This document shows positions 19,985 to 29,779 of a stretch of 64,000 bases of DNA, one piece after another. The notes under the pieces are model-generated. The model worked only from the letters and a program-made list of their open reading frames with translations. It had not been told where the DNA came from and did no database searches. Location of the stretch: positions 512,725 through 576,724 of the forward strand of contig JBFWJC010000002.1 in assembly GCA_050253415.1 (NCBI GenBank), written 5' to 3'. The stretch comes from Pedobacter sp. (GTDB lineage Bacteria; Desulfobacterota; Desulfuromonadia; Desulfuromonadales; Syntrophotaleaceae). Position 1 is the stretch's first letter, and each line of letters begins with the position of its first letter. Made by a program: the position numbers and the translations under genes.

Positions 19985-22270
19985 ATGGCAAAACGCAACA
20001 TAACCAAAATTAAACTTTTTGCCGCCATTTTACTGGTTGGGGTATTTGCCGCAGGCGCTTATACCGTGTATCTCGATTTCACCATTCGTGCCCGATTTGA
20101 AGGGAAGAAATTCGCTTTGCCGGCCAGGGTCTATGCCCGCCCGCTGGAAATTTATCCGGGATTAAAACTTAATCTTTCGGCGCTTACCGCTGAGCTTGCC
20201 TTGCTTGGATATCGGCAAACATCCTTAGCTCAGGACCCCGGCACCTATCGGTGGCGAGGACAGGACCTTGACCTGATAACCCGGGCTTTCGTGTTCGGTG
20301 ACGGGACCCAGGCACCCATCTCCTGCACCGTGAGTTTCACCGATGGGCGGGTGGTGGCGCTGACCAAGCGAGATACGCATGCCGATCTGGATCTGGTGCG
20401 GCTGGACCCGGCACTGATCGGAGGGATCTATCCCGGTGAGAACGAGGACCGGGTGCTGGTCAGTTTGAGCGAGGTACCCAAGTCGGTGGTGGACGCTCTG
20501 ATCGCTGTGGAGGATCGCCGATTTTACAGCCATCACGGTATCGACCCACGGGGTATTGCGCGGGCCGTTTTCATGACCGTCAGTGGCAAAAGCGTGCAGG
20601 GTGGCAGTACCCTGACCCAGCAACTGATCAAAAACTTTTACCTGACCGCTGAACGTACCGTGCACCGTAAGTTAACAGAAATGGTCATGGCCCTGTTGCT
20701 GGAAATGCACTACAGCAAACAGGACATCCTCGAAACTTATCTCAATGAGGTTTATCTGGGGCAGGACGGTAACCGCGCCATTCACGGATTCGGTCTTGCC
20801 AGCTCGTTCTTTTTTGATAAGCCACTGCCCCATCTGAGCTTGAGTGAAGGAGCGTTGTTGGTCGGCATGTTGAAAGGGCCCGCCTATTTCAGCCCGCGCA
20901 ACCACCCGAAACGTGCCCTGGACCGTCGCAACCTGGTGTTGTCGCAGATGGTTGAGGCCGGGTTTATTACCGAGCAGCAATGTCTTGCGGCCAAAGCGAC
21001 GCCGCTTGGTGTTGTGGATAGACCGTCGCGTGGAACCTCCCCTTATCCGGCCTTTTTGGGGCTGATACATCGTCAGCTGCAGCGTGATTATCGGGATGAA
21101 GACCTGCGCTCGGAGGGGTTGCAGGTCTTTACTACCCTCGATCCCCAGGTCCAGCGCGTGGCTGAAAAAGCCCTGCAGGAGCGCTTGTCACAATTGGAGA
21201 ATGCGAGGGGGCTGAAGTCCGGAATTCTGCAAGGGGCCGTGCTTGTGACCGCCACGCAGGATGCTGAGGTACAAGCCTGCGTCGGAGGACGGGTTGCACG
21301 TTTTGAAGGGTTCAATCGGGCACTCGATGCGCAACGCCCCATCGGTTCCCTGATCAAGCCGGTAGTTTTCCTTACCGCCTTGCAGCATCCGTCGCAATAT
21401 ACCCTGGCAACCTTGCTGGATGATGGCCCTCTGGTTTTGAAACAGGCGGGAACCGAGGATTGGTCTCCCCAAAACTACGACAAGCAATTTCATGGCAGAG
21501 TGCCCCTGCTCATGGCTCTGGCGCATTCCTACAATGTGTCGACAGCCAGACTTGGCCTGGCCTTGGGCGTGGCACCGATTATGGCCAATGTGCAGCGGTT
21601 GGGGGTGGAACGGGAATTGCCCGTTTTTGCCTCCAGTCTGCTCGGGGCGAACGCGCTTTCCCCGCTTGAAGTGACGCAGGTTTATCAGACTATCGCCAGC
21701 GGTGGTTTTCGCACCCCCCTGCGTGCTATTCGCGAAGTTTTGACGGCACAAGGCGAGCCTCTGCAACGTTATCCGTTAAACGTAGATCAGGTCATAGAAC
21801 CTGGTCCCAACTACCTGTTAACCAACGCCATGCAAGCGGTGGTGCACGAGGGCACGGCCCAGGGACTTTACAACCGGTTGTCACCGGAGTTGGGAATCGC
21901 TGGTAAAACCGGGACCACAGATAACTACCGCGACAGCTGGTTTGCCGGGTTTGCCGGTGATCGTCTGGGTGTGGTGTGGGTCGGGAGGGACGATAACGAA
22001 TCGACGGGACTGACCGGTGCGAGTGGGGCCATGGGGGTCTGGGGGGATATGATGGTGGCCCTTGAGCCCGAGCCCCTGCTGTTGGCGGCCCCGGACAACG
22101 TTGAACACGTCTGGATCGAACCGGCTTCAGGCCTGCTGAGTGCCGCAGGGTGTCCCGATGCCGTTGAACTGCCATTTATTGTGGGGTCGGCGCCGACCGA
22201 CCGGGCAGAGTGCGGGCCACGTTCCCTGGGAGGTTCCATCAAAAGCTGGTTCAAGGGGATATTTCAATGA
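19985..22270 (+). CDS. mrcB: Penicillin-binding protein 1B
   Basis: PARVYARPLE, UB2H region, EDRRFYSHHG, GGSTLTQQ, SLIK, SYN, KTG. Confidence 0.93.
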   Translation: MAKRNITKIKLFAAILLVGVFAAGAYTVYLDFTIRARFEGKKFALPARVYARPLEIYPGLKLNLSALTAELALLGYRQTSLAQDPGTYRWRGQDLDLITRAFVFGDGTQAPISCTVSFTDGRVVALTKRDTHADLDLVRLDPALIGGIYPGENEDRVLVSLSEVPKSVVDALIAVEDRRFYSHHGIDPRGIARAVFMTVSGKSVQGGSTLTQQLIKNFYLTAERTVHRKLTEMVMALLLEMHYSKQDILETYLNEVYLGQDGNRAIHGFGLASSFFFDKPLPHLSLSEGALLVGMLKGPAYFSPRNHPKRALDRRNLVLSQMVEAGFITEQQCLAAKATPLGVVDRPSRGTSPYPAFLGLIHRQLQRDYRDEDLRSEGLQVFTTLDPQVQRVAEKALQERLSQLENARGLKSGILQGAVLVTATQDAEVQACVGGRVARFEGFNRALDAQRPIGSLIKPVVFLTALQHPSQYTLATLLDDGPLVLKQAGTEDWSPQNYDKQFHGRVPLLMALAHSYNVSTARLGLALGVAPIMANVQRLGVERELPVFASSLLGANALSPLEVTQVYQTIASGGFRTPLRAIREVLTAQGEPLQRYPLNVDQVIEPGPNYLLTNAMQAVVHEGTAQGLYNRLSPELGIAGKTGTTDNYRDSWFAGFAGDRLGVVWVGRDDNESTGLTGASGAMGVWGDMMVALEPEPLLLAAPDNVEHVWIEPASGLLSAAGCPDAVELPFIVGSAPTDRAECGPRSLGGSIKSWFKGIFQ

Positions 22271-22686
22271 TGCAAATCGCATATCGATGGATCTGTCTAG
22301 CTGTTTTGCTTTTCATGGCAGGTTGTACAGCGCTTCGTCCGGACACACCGAGACCCGAACCGTCAACCAATTCTGCCGTGGTCTCTTTGTTGAACAAAGC
22401 CAGGACCCAAAGCACTGCCGGCCAGTTACATGAGGCCAGTGCATCATTGGAGCGCGCTGTGCGCATCGAGCCTCGCAATCCATACCTGTGGCAGGAACTG
22501 GCCCGGGTGCGGCTGGAACAGGGACTATATCGACAAGCCGAAAATCTTGCCGCCAAATCGAATAGCCTCATCACGACCGATACATCCCTGCGCCGCGAAA
22601 ACTGGCGCATCATCGGACAGGCTCGCACCAAACAGGGCGATCTGCAGGGAGCCCGGTCCGCCTTCGATAAAGCGGCGCAGCTCTAA
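22267..22686 (+). CDS. TPR lipoprotein (LpoP-like PBP1B partner)
   Basis: Lipobox MAGC; TPR ASLERAVRIEPRNPYLWQELA; ATGA overlap with mrcB. Confidence 0.82.
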   Translation: MMQIAYRWICLAVLLFMAGCTALRPDTPRPEPSTNSAVVSLLNKARTQSTAGQLHEASASLERAVRIEPRNPYLWQELARVRLEQGLYRQAENLAAKSNSLITTDTSLRRENWRIIGQARTKQGDLQGARSAFDKAAQL

Positions 22687-22726
22687 CCAAAGATACCCCG
22701 GGCAGGTAGTACCTGCCGGGGGCATC

Positions 22727-22796
22727 GCTTAGAACTCACAGCTTAGAACTTGCAGCTTACAGCTTACAGCTTACAGCTTACAGCTTGTAGCTGATA
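22727..22796. repeat. Heptamer tandem array (GCTTACA consensus), 10 units, 4 perfect
   Basis: gcttaga actcaca gcttaga acttgca (gcttaca)x4 gcttgta gctgata, next to hairpin 22696-22722. Confidence 0.9.
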
Positions 22797-22797
22797 A

Positions 22798-23322
22798 TCA
22801 CACCCCGGTAATATTCATACCGGTGGGCTGCGTAAACGTCCTCTGACCCAGTTCCTGATCAAGCATCAGCAAGCCTCGTCCATCGCCCGCCAATCTTTTG
22901 AGCTTTCTCAACTCCAGGCCGAAACTGGCCTCTTCCTCGATTTGCTCGGTCACAAACCACTGCAAAAAAATCTCTGTGGCATGGTTGCTTTCCTGCTTGG
23001 CCAGGGTCATGAGCTGGTTGATGCGGTCGCTGACGAACTGTTCATGTTTCAGCGAATAGTCAAACACCTCAAGAGGGGATTCGTAATCGGCCTGCGGAGC
23101 GTCGATGGCAAGCATCACAGCCCTTGCGCCGGCTTCACACAGGTAGTTGAAGAATTTCTCGCCATGGCATAATTCTTCCAGTGCCTGCATCCTCATCCAG
23201 TGAGCAAATCCCGGAAGGTCTTCGGCCTCGAAATAAGCAGCCATGGCTTTATACAGGTAGGCGGAAAAAAACTCGTTTTTCATTTGTTCGTTCATGGCAT
23301 CCTGCAAATTTTGACTCAACAT
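22798..23322 (-). CDS. ftnA: Non-heme ferritin
   Basis: NEFFSAYLY, EELCHG, FLQWFVTEQIEEE ferroxidase ligands. Confidence 0.93.
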   Translation of the reverse strand: MLSQNLQDAMNEQMKNEFFSAYLYKAMAAYFEAEDLPGFAHWMRMQALEELCHGEKFFNYLCEAGARAVMLAIDAPQADYESPLEVFDYSLKHEQFVSDRINQLMTLAKQESNHATEIFLQWFVTEQIEEEASFGLELRKLKRLAGDGRGLLMLDQELGQRTFTQPTGMNITGV

Positions 23323-23440
23323 AAGTGCCTCCTTTATGGTGCTTGTCGATTTTCGGGATGTGAACTTCCTATCATTATCCGATATGGAAGGGTGTGTGTC
23401 CAGAAGGGTACTGTATGCGGGGTGCAAACATGCTGAAAAT

Positions 23441-23473
23441 AAAAAAAGGCCACAGCAAGACTGTGACCTTTTT
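23441..23473 (-). terminator. Terminator downstream of tRNA
   Basis: aaaaggccacag-caaga-ctgtgacctttt. Confidence 0.7.
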
Positions 23474-23485
23474 GATATTTCATTC

Positions 23486-23562
<77 letters not shown>

Positions 23563-23627
23563 GCGGACTCAACTATATAACTTATCCTCCGCATAATTGC
23601 AATGGCAAATTATGCAGAGGGTCCGGT

Positions 23628-24671
23628 TCAGTCTGGATGGGCCGTGCTATCGACAGTGCTGTGCAGTATGAGGAGAGTCACAGCAATCAGGAGCAGATTG
23701 TAAAACAACAACGCCCCGCCGTGCAGAGGAACGGTCGGCAAGACCAGGCACAGTCGCTCGATGAACAGGCCGGCCAGCACGGTACCCGCCACCCCGGCGA
23801 TCATGGGACGACTGTGTTTGGCTGAGGCTGCCAGCAGCAGGATGAAGGGCGCCAGAAACAAGCCCAGCGGGAACAGCCAGGCCAATTCGCGGCCGGGACT
23901 GGTTGATATAAGGTCGAGAATATAACCGACTTCCTCGGGCAGGTTGCCATACCACAGCAGTAAAAATTGGGCGAAGAACAGGCCTCCCCACAGCACGCTG
24001 AAACCGAACATCAGCAGGCTGATATCGCGCAGGTGCGCTTTGGCATCGAGAGTGTTCTCATGACTTTTACGCTTGAAGTAAAGCAGCATCAGCAGGCCGC
24101 TCACTGCCGCTGCGCCGTAAAGGGCTTCGGTAAAAAAATAGGCTCCAAGCAGGGTGCTGATCCAGGGCCAGGCCAGAGACATGAGTACGTCAAAAGCGAT
24201 CAGCGACTGGCTGGTGACGAACAGCAACAGGTAGACAACGGCGGCCGACCCGGCTGGTTGTCGTGCCAGCGAGCGGTGGGCCAGGTGCCGGCCGGCGAAA
24301 AACACGGCCAACAACAGAGTCATGTTCCGGATCATGAAGAACGGTTTGTTTAGCCACAGGTTGGGATGCTTGACCCAGGGATAAAGGTCGAGTTGCGGCC
24401 AGAGAAACAGGAACAGCAAGGGCAGCATTAGCAGCAGTGGATAGAGGGACAGTAGTTCCCGGCGCAGCGATGCGATCCAGCGGGCGCGCACCAGTTCGCA
24501 AACCGCCACCAGGGCAATGCAGCCCTGAGCAATGCCCGACCAGAACAACAGGGTCAGCAGCAGCGCACCGGGCTTACCGGACAGGCCGAATTCGGTCAAG
24601 CCGATGAGCAATGCCGAAATGATCAACAGAGCATAGATGCCGGCTTTATTGAGCACCATAGAGGTCATCAC
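23628..24671 (-). CDS. actF: Alternative complex III membrane subunit (ActF-like)
   Basis: WLNKPFFMIRN, FDVLMSL..WISTL, QFLLLWYGNLPEE; last gene of Act operon. Confidence 0.75.
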   Translation of the reverse strand: MMTSMVLNKAGIYALLIISALLIGLTEFGLSGKPGALLLTLLFWSGIAQGCIALVAVCELVRARWIASLRRELLSLYPLLLMLPLLFLFLWPQLDLYPWVKHPNLWLNKPFFMIRNMTLLLAVFFAGRHLAHRSLARQPAGSAAVVYLLLFVTSQSLIAFDVLMSLAWPWISTLLGAYFFTEALYGAAAVSGLLMLLYFKRKSHENTLDAKAHLRDISLLMFGFSVLWGGLFFAQFLLLWYGNLPEEVGYILDLISTSPGRELAWLFPLGLFLAPFILLLAASAKHSRPMIAGVAGTVLAGLFIERLCLVLPTVPLHGGALLFYNLLLIAVTLLILHSTVDSTAHPD

Positions 24672-25102
24672 GCATCCTCATCGTTGATAGAAAGAATAAA
24701 GCGGGAATCGAACGGCTTGTCTGAAACCAGCGGTCCGGGGTTTGGCAAGCGGGCCAACCATAAAAACCCGGCAAAGCAGGACAACGATCCGATCAGGATG
24801 GTCATCAGATAGCCGATGAGCAGAAACGGAGGCACGGACACGATCGGTTTGCCGCCGGTAGCGATGGGCCAGTCCAGAGCAGTCAGCAGTGCCAGCAGAA
24901 ACCCGCCTCCGAAACCGCCCAGGCCGCCGGCCAGGGCGAAATAACGCAGTCGGCTCGGACGTCCAATGAGCAGTTCTTCGGCTTCGTGCAGGTGGTAGGG
25001 CAGGTGAACCTGCAGGCGTTTGCGCGGCACGCCTGCGGCTAACTGGGCGCGCAGTTCGACCAGAAAAGCGTCGGGGGTTTCGAAGAATAGTTGACGTGGC
25101 AT
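24668..25102 (-). CDS. actD: ActD / DUF3341 subunit
   Basis: DWPIATGGKP..PPFLLIGY; two TMs. Confidence 0.82.
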   Translation of the reverse strand: MPRQLFFETPDAFLVELRAQLAAGVPRKRLQVHLPYHLHEAEELLIGRPSRLRYFALAGGLGGFGGGFLLALLTALDWPIATGGKPIVSVPPFLLIGYLMTILIGSLSCFAGFLWLARLPNPGPLVSDKPFDSRFILSINDEDA

Positions 25103-25103
25103 A

Positions 25104-26399
25104 TCAGCGCTCCTTCAGTTCGGTGATGGACAACACCGGCAGGGTTTTGACAAAAACCAGGAAGGCCGCGAAAAAAAGTCCGAAGCTGCCGAGAGTGATG
25201 CCGAATTCCACTGGTGAAGGCAGGTAGTTGCCCCAATTGTAGGGGTCGTAGTCGCGGGCCAGGGAGCAGACCACGATGACGAACCGCTCCAGCCACATGC
25301 CGACATTCACCAGCAGGCTCAGCACGAACAGAAATGCCAGGCTGCGGCGCAGGCGGCGTACGAACAGCAGCAACGGCAACAGGGCATTGCAGGTGATCAT
25401 GGTCCAGAACAACAGACTGTAATGCCCCAGGGCGCGGAAGCGAAACTGCTCCATTTCAAATATGTTGTCACCATAAAAAGCCATGCCCTGTTCGATCACA
25501 TAGGAAAATCCGACGATCAGCGAAGTCAGCAGCAGGATCTTGGCAATCGACTCGATGTGGTCGATGGGGATGAGTTTTTCCAGGTGCAACATGCGCCGCA
25601 TGGGGATAACCAGGGTCAGCACCATAGCGGTACCCGACAGGATGGCGCCGGCGACAAAGTAGGGGGCGAAGATGGTGGTGTGCCAACCCGGCACGATACT
25701 GACGGCAAAGTCCCAGGAAACAATGGAGTGAACCGAGGCTACCAGCGGGGTGGCAAACGCGGCCAGAAACATGTACAGCCGGGCGTAATGGCGCCATTGG
25801 CGCAGGCTGCCGGTCCAGCCAAGAGACATGATGCGGTAGATGCGACCGACCCAGCCGCCGCGATGACGGGCGACAATGGCGAGGTCGGGCATCAAGCCGA
25901 CATAAAAAAATACCAGGCTGACAAGGAAATAGGTAGAGACGGCAAACACATCCCAAACCAGGGGTGAACGGAAGTTGACCCATAGCTGCCGCTGGTTGGG
26001 ATAGGGGAAAAGATAGTAGAAGACCCACACCCGTCCCAGGTGGATGAGGGGGAAGAGCCCGGCAACCATGAGGGCGAAAATGGTCATGGCCTCGGCGGCA
26101 CGGTTGAAGCTGGTGCGAAACCGGGCGCGGAAGATGAACAGTACGGCTGAGATCAATGTGCCGCTATGGGCGATACCGACCCAGAACACGAAGTCGGTAA
26201 TGTACACTCCCCAGCCGACGGGGTGGGTGATCCCGGCCACGCCCATGCCGTATCGGATCTGGTAGGCCCATAGCACCAGTCCACCGGCAAACAACAGTCC
26301 GGCCAGTCCGAGTCCGGCCAGCCAGCTAAGGCTGGGGCGACTCATGGCGGCCAACACCTCGGTTTCAACCTGTGGGGCAGGTATATTGTTGTCGTTCAT
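25104..26399 (-). CDS. actC: ActC, NrfD/PsrC-family quinol-binding subunit
   Basis: FVFWVGIAHSGTLISA, RAAEAMT, HLGRVW, NFRSPLVWD, WHTTIFAPYF. Confidence 0.92.
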   Translation of the reverse strand: MNDNNIPAPQVETEVLAAMSRPSLSWLAGLGLAGLLFAGGLVLWAYQIRYGMGVAGITHPVGWGVYITDFVFWVGIAHSGTLISAVLFIFRARFRTSFNRAAEAMTIFALMVAGLFPLIHLGRVWVFYYLFPYPNQRQLWVNFRSPLVWDVFAVSTYFLVSLVFFYVGLMPDLAIVARHRGGWVGRIYRIMSLGWTGSLRQWRHYARLYMFLAAFATPLVASVHSIVSWDFAVSIVPGWHTTIFAPYFVAGAILSGTAMVLTLVIPMRRMLHLEKLIPIDHIESIAKILLLTSLIVGFSYVIEQGMAFYGDNIFEMEQFRFRALGHYSLLFWTMITCNALLPLLLFVRRLRRSLAFLFVLSLLVNVGMWLERFVIVVCSLARDYDPYNWGNYLPSPVEFGITLGSFGLFFAAFLVFVKTLPVLSITELKER

Positions 26400-26433
26400 A
26401 AAGACCGTTTTCCTTTGGTGATGCGCAACAAAT

Positions 26434-29214
26434 TCAGTCGGGGCGCAGGTAATATACCGCAGGTTCTGTTCCAAGCCCCTCGAAGACCCGATAGGTGCGC
26501 GGATTCTTGATCATCCGGGCCACGGCGGATTGAGGGTCGAGCAGGTTGCCGAAGGTGATGGCGCCGGTGGGGCAACTCTGGGCGCAGGCCGGAATCACCT
26601 CGCCATCCCTGATCAGGCGGTTTTCCTTGCCGGCCGTCTCATGCGCGGCACGGATGCGCTGGATGCAGAAGGTGCACTTTTCCATCATACCCCTGGTGCG
26701 GGGGGCCAGATCCGGGTTGTGCATCTTATCCAGGGGGGGCGCCCACTTATGCTGCCACCAGTTAAAACGCCGCACTTTATAGGGGCAGTTGTTGCTGCAG
26801 TAACGGGTGCCGACACAGCGGTTATAAACCTGCACATTAAGCCCTTCGGGATTGTGATAGGCAGCGTAAACCGGGCAGACCGGTTCGCAGGGCGCATAGT
26901 CGCAGTGCTGACAGAGCATGGGGATGAAGGACGCCTTTCCGTGGTCATCGTAAAAAGGCTCGATGCGCAACCAGGACATTTCGCGCCCTTTGAGGTGGTC
27001 ACGGCGGCCAACCACCGGTACGCTGTTCTCCACGTAGCAGGAGGCGACGCAGGCTCCGCAACCGACGCACTGCTTCAGGTCGATGGCCATGGCCCAGCGG
27101 TATTGCCGATAGGCCGGTTCCGGATAGAGGGAGCGATGCTCGGCGTGGTGTTCTTTGTCGCGGTGGATCGGTTTCGGGATGATGCCGCGCCCTTTTTGGG
27201 ATGGCGATCCGCTCAAGATCGGCAGGGGGCTTTTTTTGCCGGTGCGCGTCGCTTTGACCGAGCCGATCACCCTCAGCGCCTCGCCGGTAGCCGGATCGAT
27301 GGCCGGAGGCCCCGAAGTCAAACTATCTACAGGTAAACTGAAAATTCCGTCGGGCAGGCCCGGTTGCAGCCTGACCGGTTGGGTCAGATCGAAGTCTGCG
27401 CTGGTAAGCCTTATCTCGCCGGTGTCGCTCACCCCAAGATGGTGAGCGGTCTGGTGCGACAGGGCGACCCAGGTGCCATGGGTGATGGTAGTGAGAGGAT
27501 CGGGGACCTCGCCGAGCAGAGGCAGGGCGGCACTGCGTCCGTCAAAGCTGCGGATCGAGCCGGTGATGATGGCTACGGGAGCCGTCAGAGGTTCGGGTAG
27601 AACGGTATTTTTCAGGACGGCAGCGGTCTGTTCGATGCGCAATGTGAAAGCGGCGTGGGACGGGGCGGTCATGATATGCCCATCCTTCAGAAAAGAACGC
27701 AGTTGGCCGGTGGAGAATTGTTTGCGCCAACGCTGCTGTAAAAACCTCTCGTAGTTGTCGGCATCACTTTGACCTGTGATCCGCTTCTGCAGTTGCAGCA
27801 GGATGTCGCCCTCGGAGTGCGTGGCATACAGGGGGGCGATTGCCGGCTGGATCAGACTGTGTAGTCCGTAGCGCGGTTCGGCATCATCCCAGCGTTCCAG
27901 GCTGTGGGTGAGGGGTAAAACCAGGTCGACGGATTGACTGGTGACATTGGGCAGGTCGGTCAGAGCGACGCTCAGACTGGCGCGTCGCAGGTTCTCGGCC
28001 AGGTGCCAGCCAGGCGGTGCATGGCGCAGCGGATCGGCACGGCTGATGAGCAGCACGCCAGCGGCATCACGTTGCAGGGTTTGATTCAACTGCTCAAGAT
28101 GCCGCAGATCGCCAACCTTGTCCGTGCGCTGTGCCCGGGAAAAGTCGAGTCCCTGCCAGGGCTCGGCCAATGCCCACTGTAGCAGACCGCCGAGCAGCGC
28201 CGTTTGCTGGCCGGCATGTTGGGCGGTGGCGATACCGCCGACGATGAGCAGTGGGCGACGGGCCTTTGTCATCGCATCAACCAGATCGCCCAGTTGCGCG
28301 GAAGTCAGTCCGGTCGCTTGTGTGGTCCGGGACAGGGAGATCTCCGGCAGCGCGGCACGGATTTGCGGCGGCAGCTGTCGCGCTAACCCGCGGCTTTCGG
28401 AAAGGCTATGCAACAGCCATAACAGCAGGGCTGGTTCAGTTGCGGGGCGGATGGCCAGGCGCTCGTCGGCGTTGGCGCCGGTAAGGGACAGGTGCGGCTC
28501 GATATGACGCCAGTGCAGATCGTGCTCGCGGCGCGCTGTCGCCAGTTGTCGGGTATAATCCGCCGGGCTGACGAATGTTTCCAGCAGGTCGGCGCCGACG
28601 GTTATCAGCAGGTCGGCATCTTCGATACGAAATCGCGGCAGGACGGGGCGACCATAGAGCAGGTCGTAAATCTGGCGCAGCGCGGCATGACTGAAATATT
28701 CGAACTCGGGCAGCTGAGTTACTGCGCAGGTGGAGGCAAAACGTCCCTGCAAAGCTGCGAGGGAACCGGTAGTGGCCCCGCTCAGCAGCATGTTGGTCCG
28801 CTGTAGACCGGCGTCGGTCATGGCTTGAGTGATGCGATCCAGAGCTGCATCCCAGCTGACCGGCTGGTATCGGTTTCCCTTGCGCATTAAGGGCGTGCGC
28901 AGCCGTTCGGGATGGTACAGGCGCCACAGGACAGCCTGCCCGCGCATGCACAAGGCGCCCCGGTTAATCGGGTGGCCGGGGTTACCTTCCAGCTTGACCG
29001 GCCGCCCTTCGCGCAATCGGACGGTAACGCCGCAATGAGCCGGGCACTCGTTGCAAGTCGAAACCCTCCAGGCGGCGGTTCCTGGGCGTACGCCATCTTC
29101 GGGCGGTACCAGGTAGGAGATCAACTCCTTCTGGTTGCGTTCGGAACCGCAGGAGGAGAGCAGGGTGGTGCCTGAAACCAGGCCCATGATCTGTAGGAAT
29201 TTCCTTCGATCCAT
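26434..29214 (-). CDS. actB: ActB: molybdopterin-oxidoreductase-like domain fused to Fe-S domain
   Basis: Tat/lipoprotein signal DRRKFL..LLSSC; GRPVKLEGNPGHP; CVGCGACVASC, CQHCDYAPCEPVCP, RCVGTRYCSNNCPYKVRRFN. Confidence 0.9.
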   Translation of the reverse strand: MDRRKFLQIMGLVSGTTLLSSCGSERNQKELISYLVPPEDGVRPGTAAWRVSTCNECPAHCGVTVRLREGRPVKLEGNPGHPINRGALCMRGQAVLWRLYHPERLRTPLMRKGNRYQPVSWDAALDRITQAMTDAGLQRTNMLLSGATTGSLAALQGRFASTCAVTQLPEFEYFSHAALRQIYDLLYGRPVLPRFRIEDADLLITVGADLLETFVSPADYTRQLATARREHDLHWRHIEPHLSLTGANADERLAIRPATEPALLLWLLHSLSESRGLARQLPPQIRAALPEISLSRTTQATGLTSAQLGDLVDAMTKARRPLLIVGGIATAQHAGQQTALLGGLLQWALAEPWQGLDFSRAQRTDKVGDLRHLEQLNQTLQRDAAGVLLISRADPLRHAPPGWHLAENLRRASLSVALTDLPNVTSQSVDLVLPLTHSLERWDDAEPRYGLHSLIQPAIAPLYATHSEGDILLQLQKRITGQSDADNYERFLQQRWRKQFSTGQLRSFLKDGHIMTAPSHAAFTLRIEQTAAVLKNTVLPEPLTAPVAIITGSIRSFDGRSAALPLLGEVPDPLTTITHGTWVALSHQTAHHLGVSDTGEIRLTSADFDLTQPVRLQPGLPDGIFSLPVDSLTSGPPAIDPATGEALRVIGSVKATRTGKKSPLPILSGSPSQKGRGIIPKPIHRDKEHHAEHRSLYPEPAYRQYRWAMAIDLKQCVGCGACVASCYVENSVPVVGRRDHLKGREMSWLRIEPFYDDHGKASFIPMLCQHCDYAPCEPVCPVYAAYHNPEGLNVQVYNRCVGTRYCSNNCPYKVRRFNWWQHKWAPPLDKMHNPDLAPRTRGMMEKCTFCIQRIRAAHETAGKENRLIRDGEVIPACAQSCPTGAITFGNLLDPQSAVARMIKNPRTYRVFEGLGTEPAVYYLRPD

Positions 29215-29226
29215 GTTCGATCCGTT

Positions 29227-29772
29227 CTATTTGTGACAGGTTGCGCAATCGCGCGAGGCACCCTTGGAGCGATGACAGGATATGCACCATCCCATTTTCA
29301 TCGAACGTACGCGGTGGACTTCAGTCATCTGTTCCACGGCGCCGTGACAGGTAGCACAGGGTAGTTTAGCCTGGATGTGGCGCTGATGGGTAAAGTGGAT
29401 GAATGGTGGCAGGGTATGCAGCCGTTCCCATCGGATCGGTTCGCCGCGGCGTTCATAACCCAGCAGTTTCTTGATTTCAGGTCGGTCGGTAGCGATAGAG
29501 CGGTGACAGGATAGGCACAGGGAAACAGCTGGGGCGCCCGCGCTGGCTTCCTGCGTGACTCCACTGTGGCAGAAGTCGCAGGCCAGGCCGAGTTTTCCGG
29601 CATGTATTGTGTGGGGGAACGCGATGGGCTGCGGTTCCGAAGCCGTGAAGGATCCCCGTAAAAACCCCGTTGCAACGATCACCAGCACAAACAGGATGAA
29701 ATAGGCCAGCATGGCCAGTCGCAGCAGTCTTTTTGGCCATGGTGCGGATATGTTAGGTGTTTCATCACTCAT
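29227..29772 (-). CDS. actA: ActA-like pentaheme cytochrome c
   Basis: TM, QPIAFPH, five CxxCH (CDFCH, CLSCH, CATCH, CISCH, CATCH). Confidence 0.9.
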   Translation of the reverse strand: MSDETPNISAPWPKRLLRLAMLAYFILFVLVIVATGFLRGSFTASEPQPIAFPHTIHAGKLGLACDFCHSGVTQEASAGAPAVSLCLSCHRSIATDRPEIKKLLGYERRGEPIRWERLHTLPPFIHFTHQRHIQAKLPCATCHGAVEQMTEVHRVRSMKMGWCISCHRSKGASRDCATCHK

Positions 29773-29779
29773 CGCAGCC

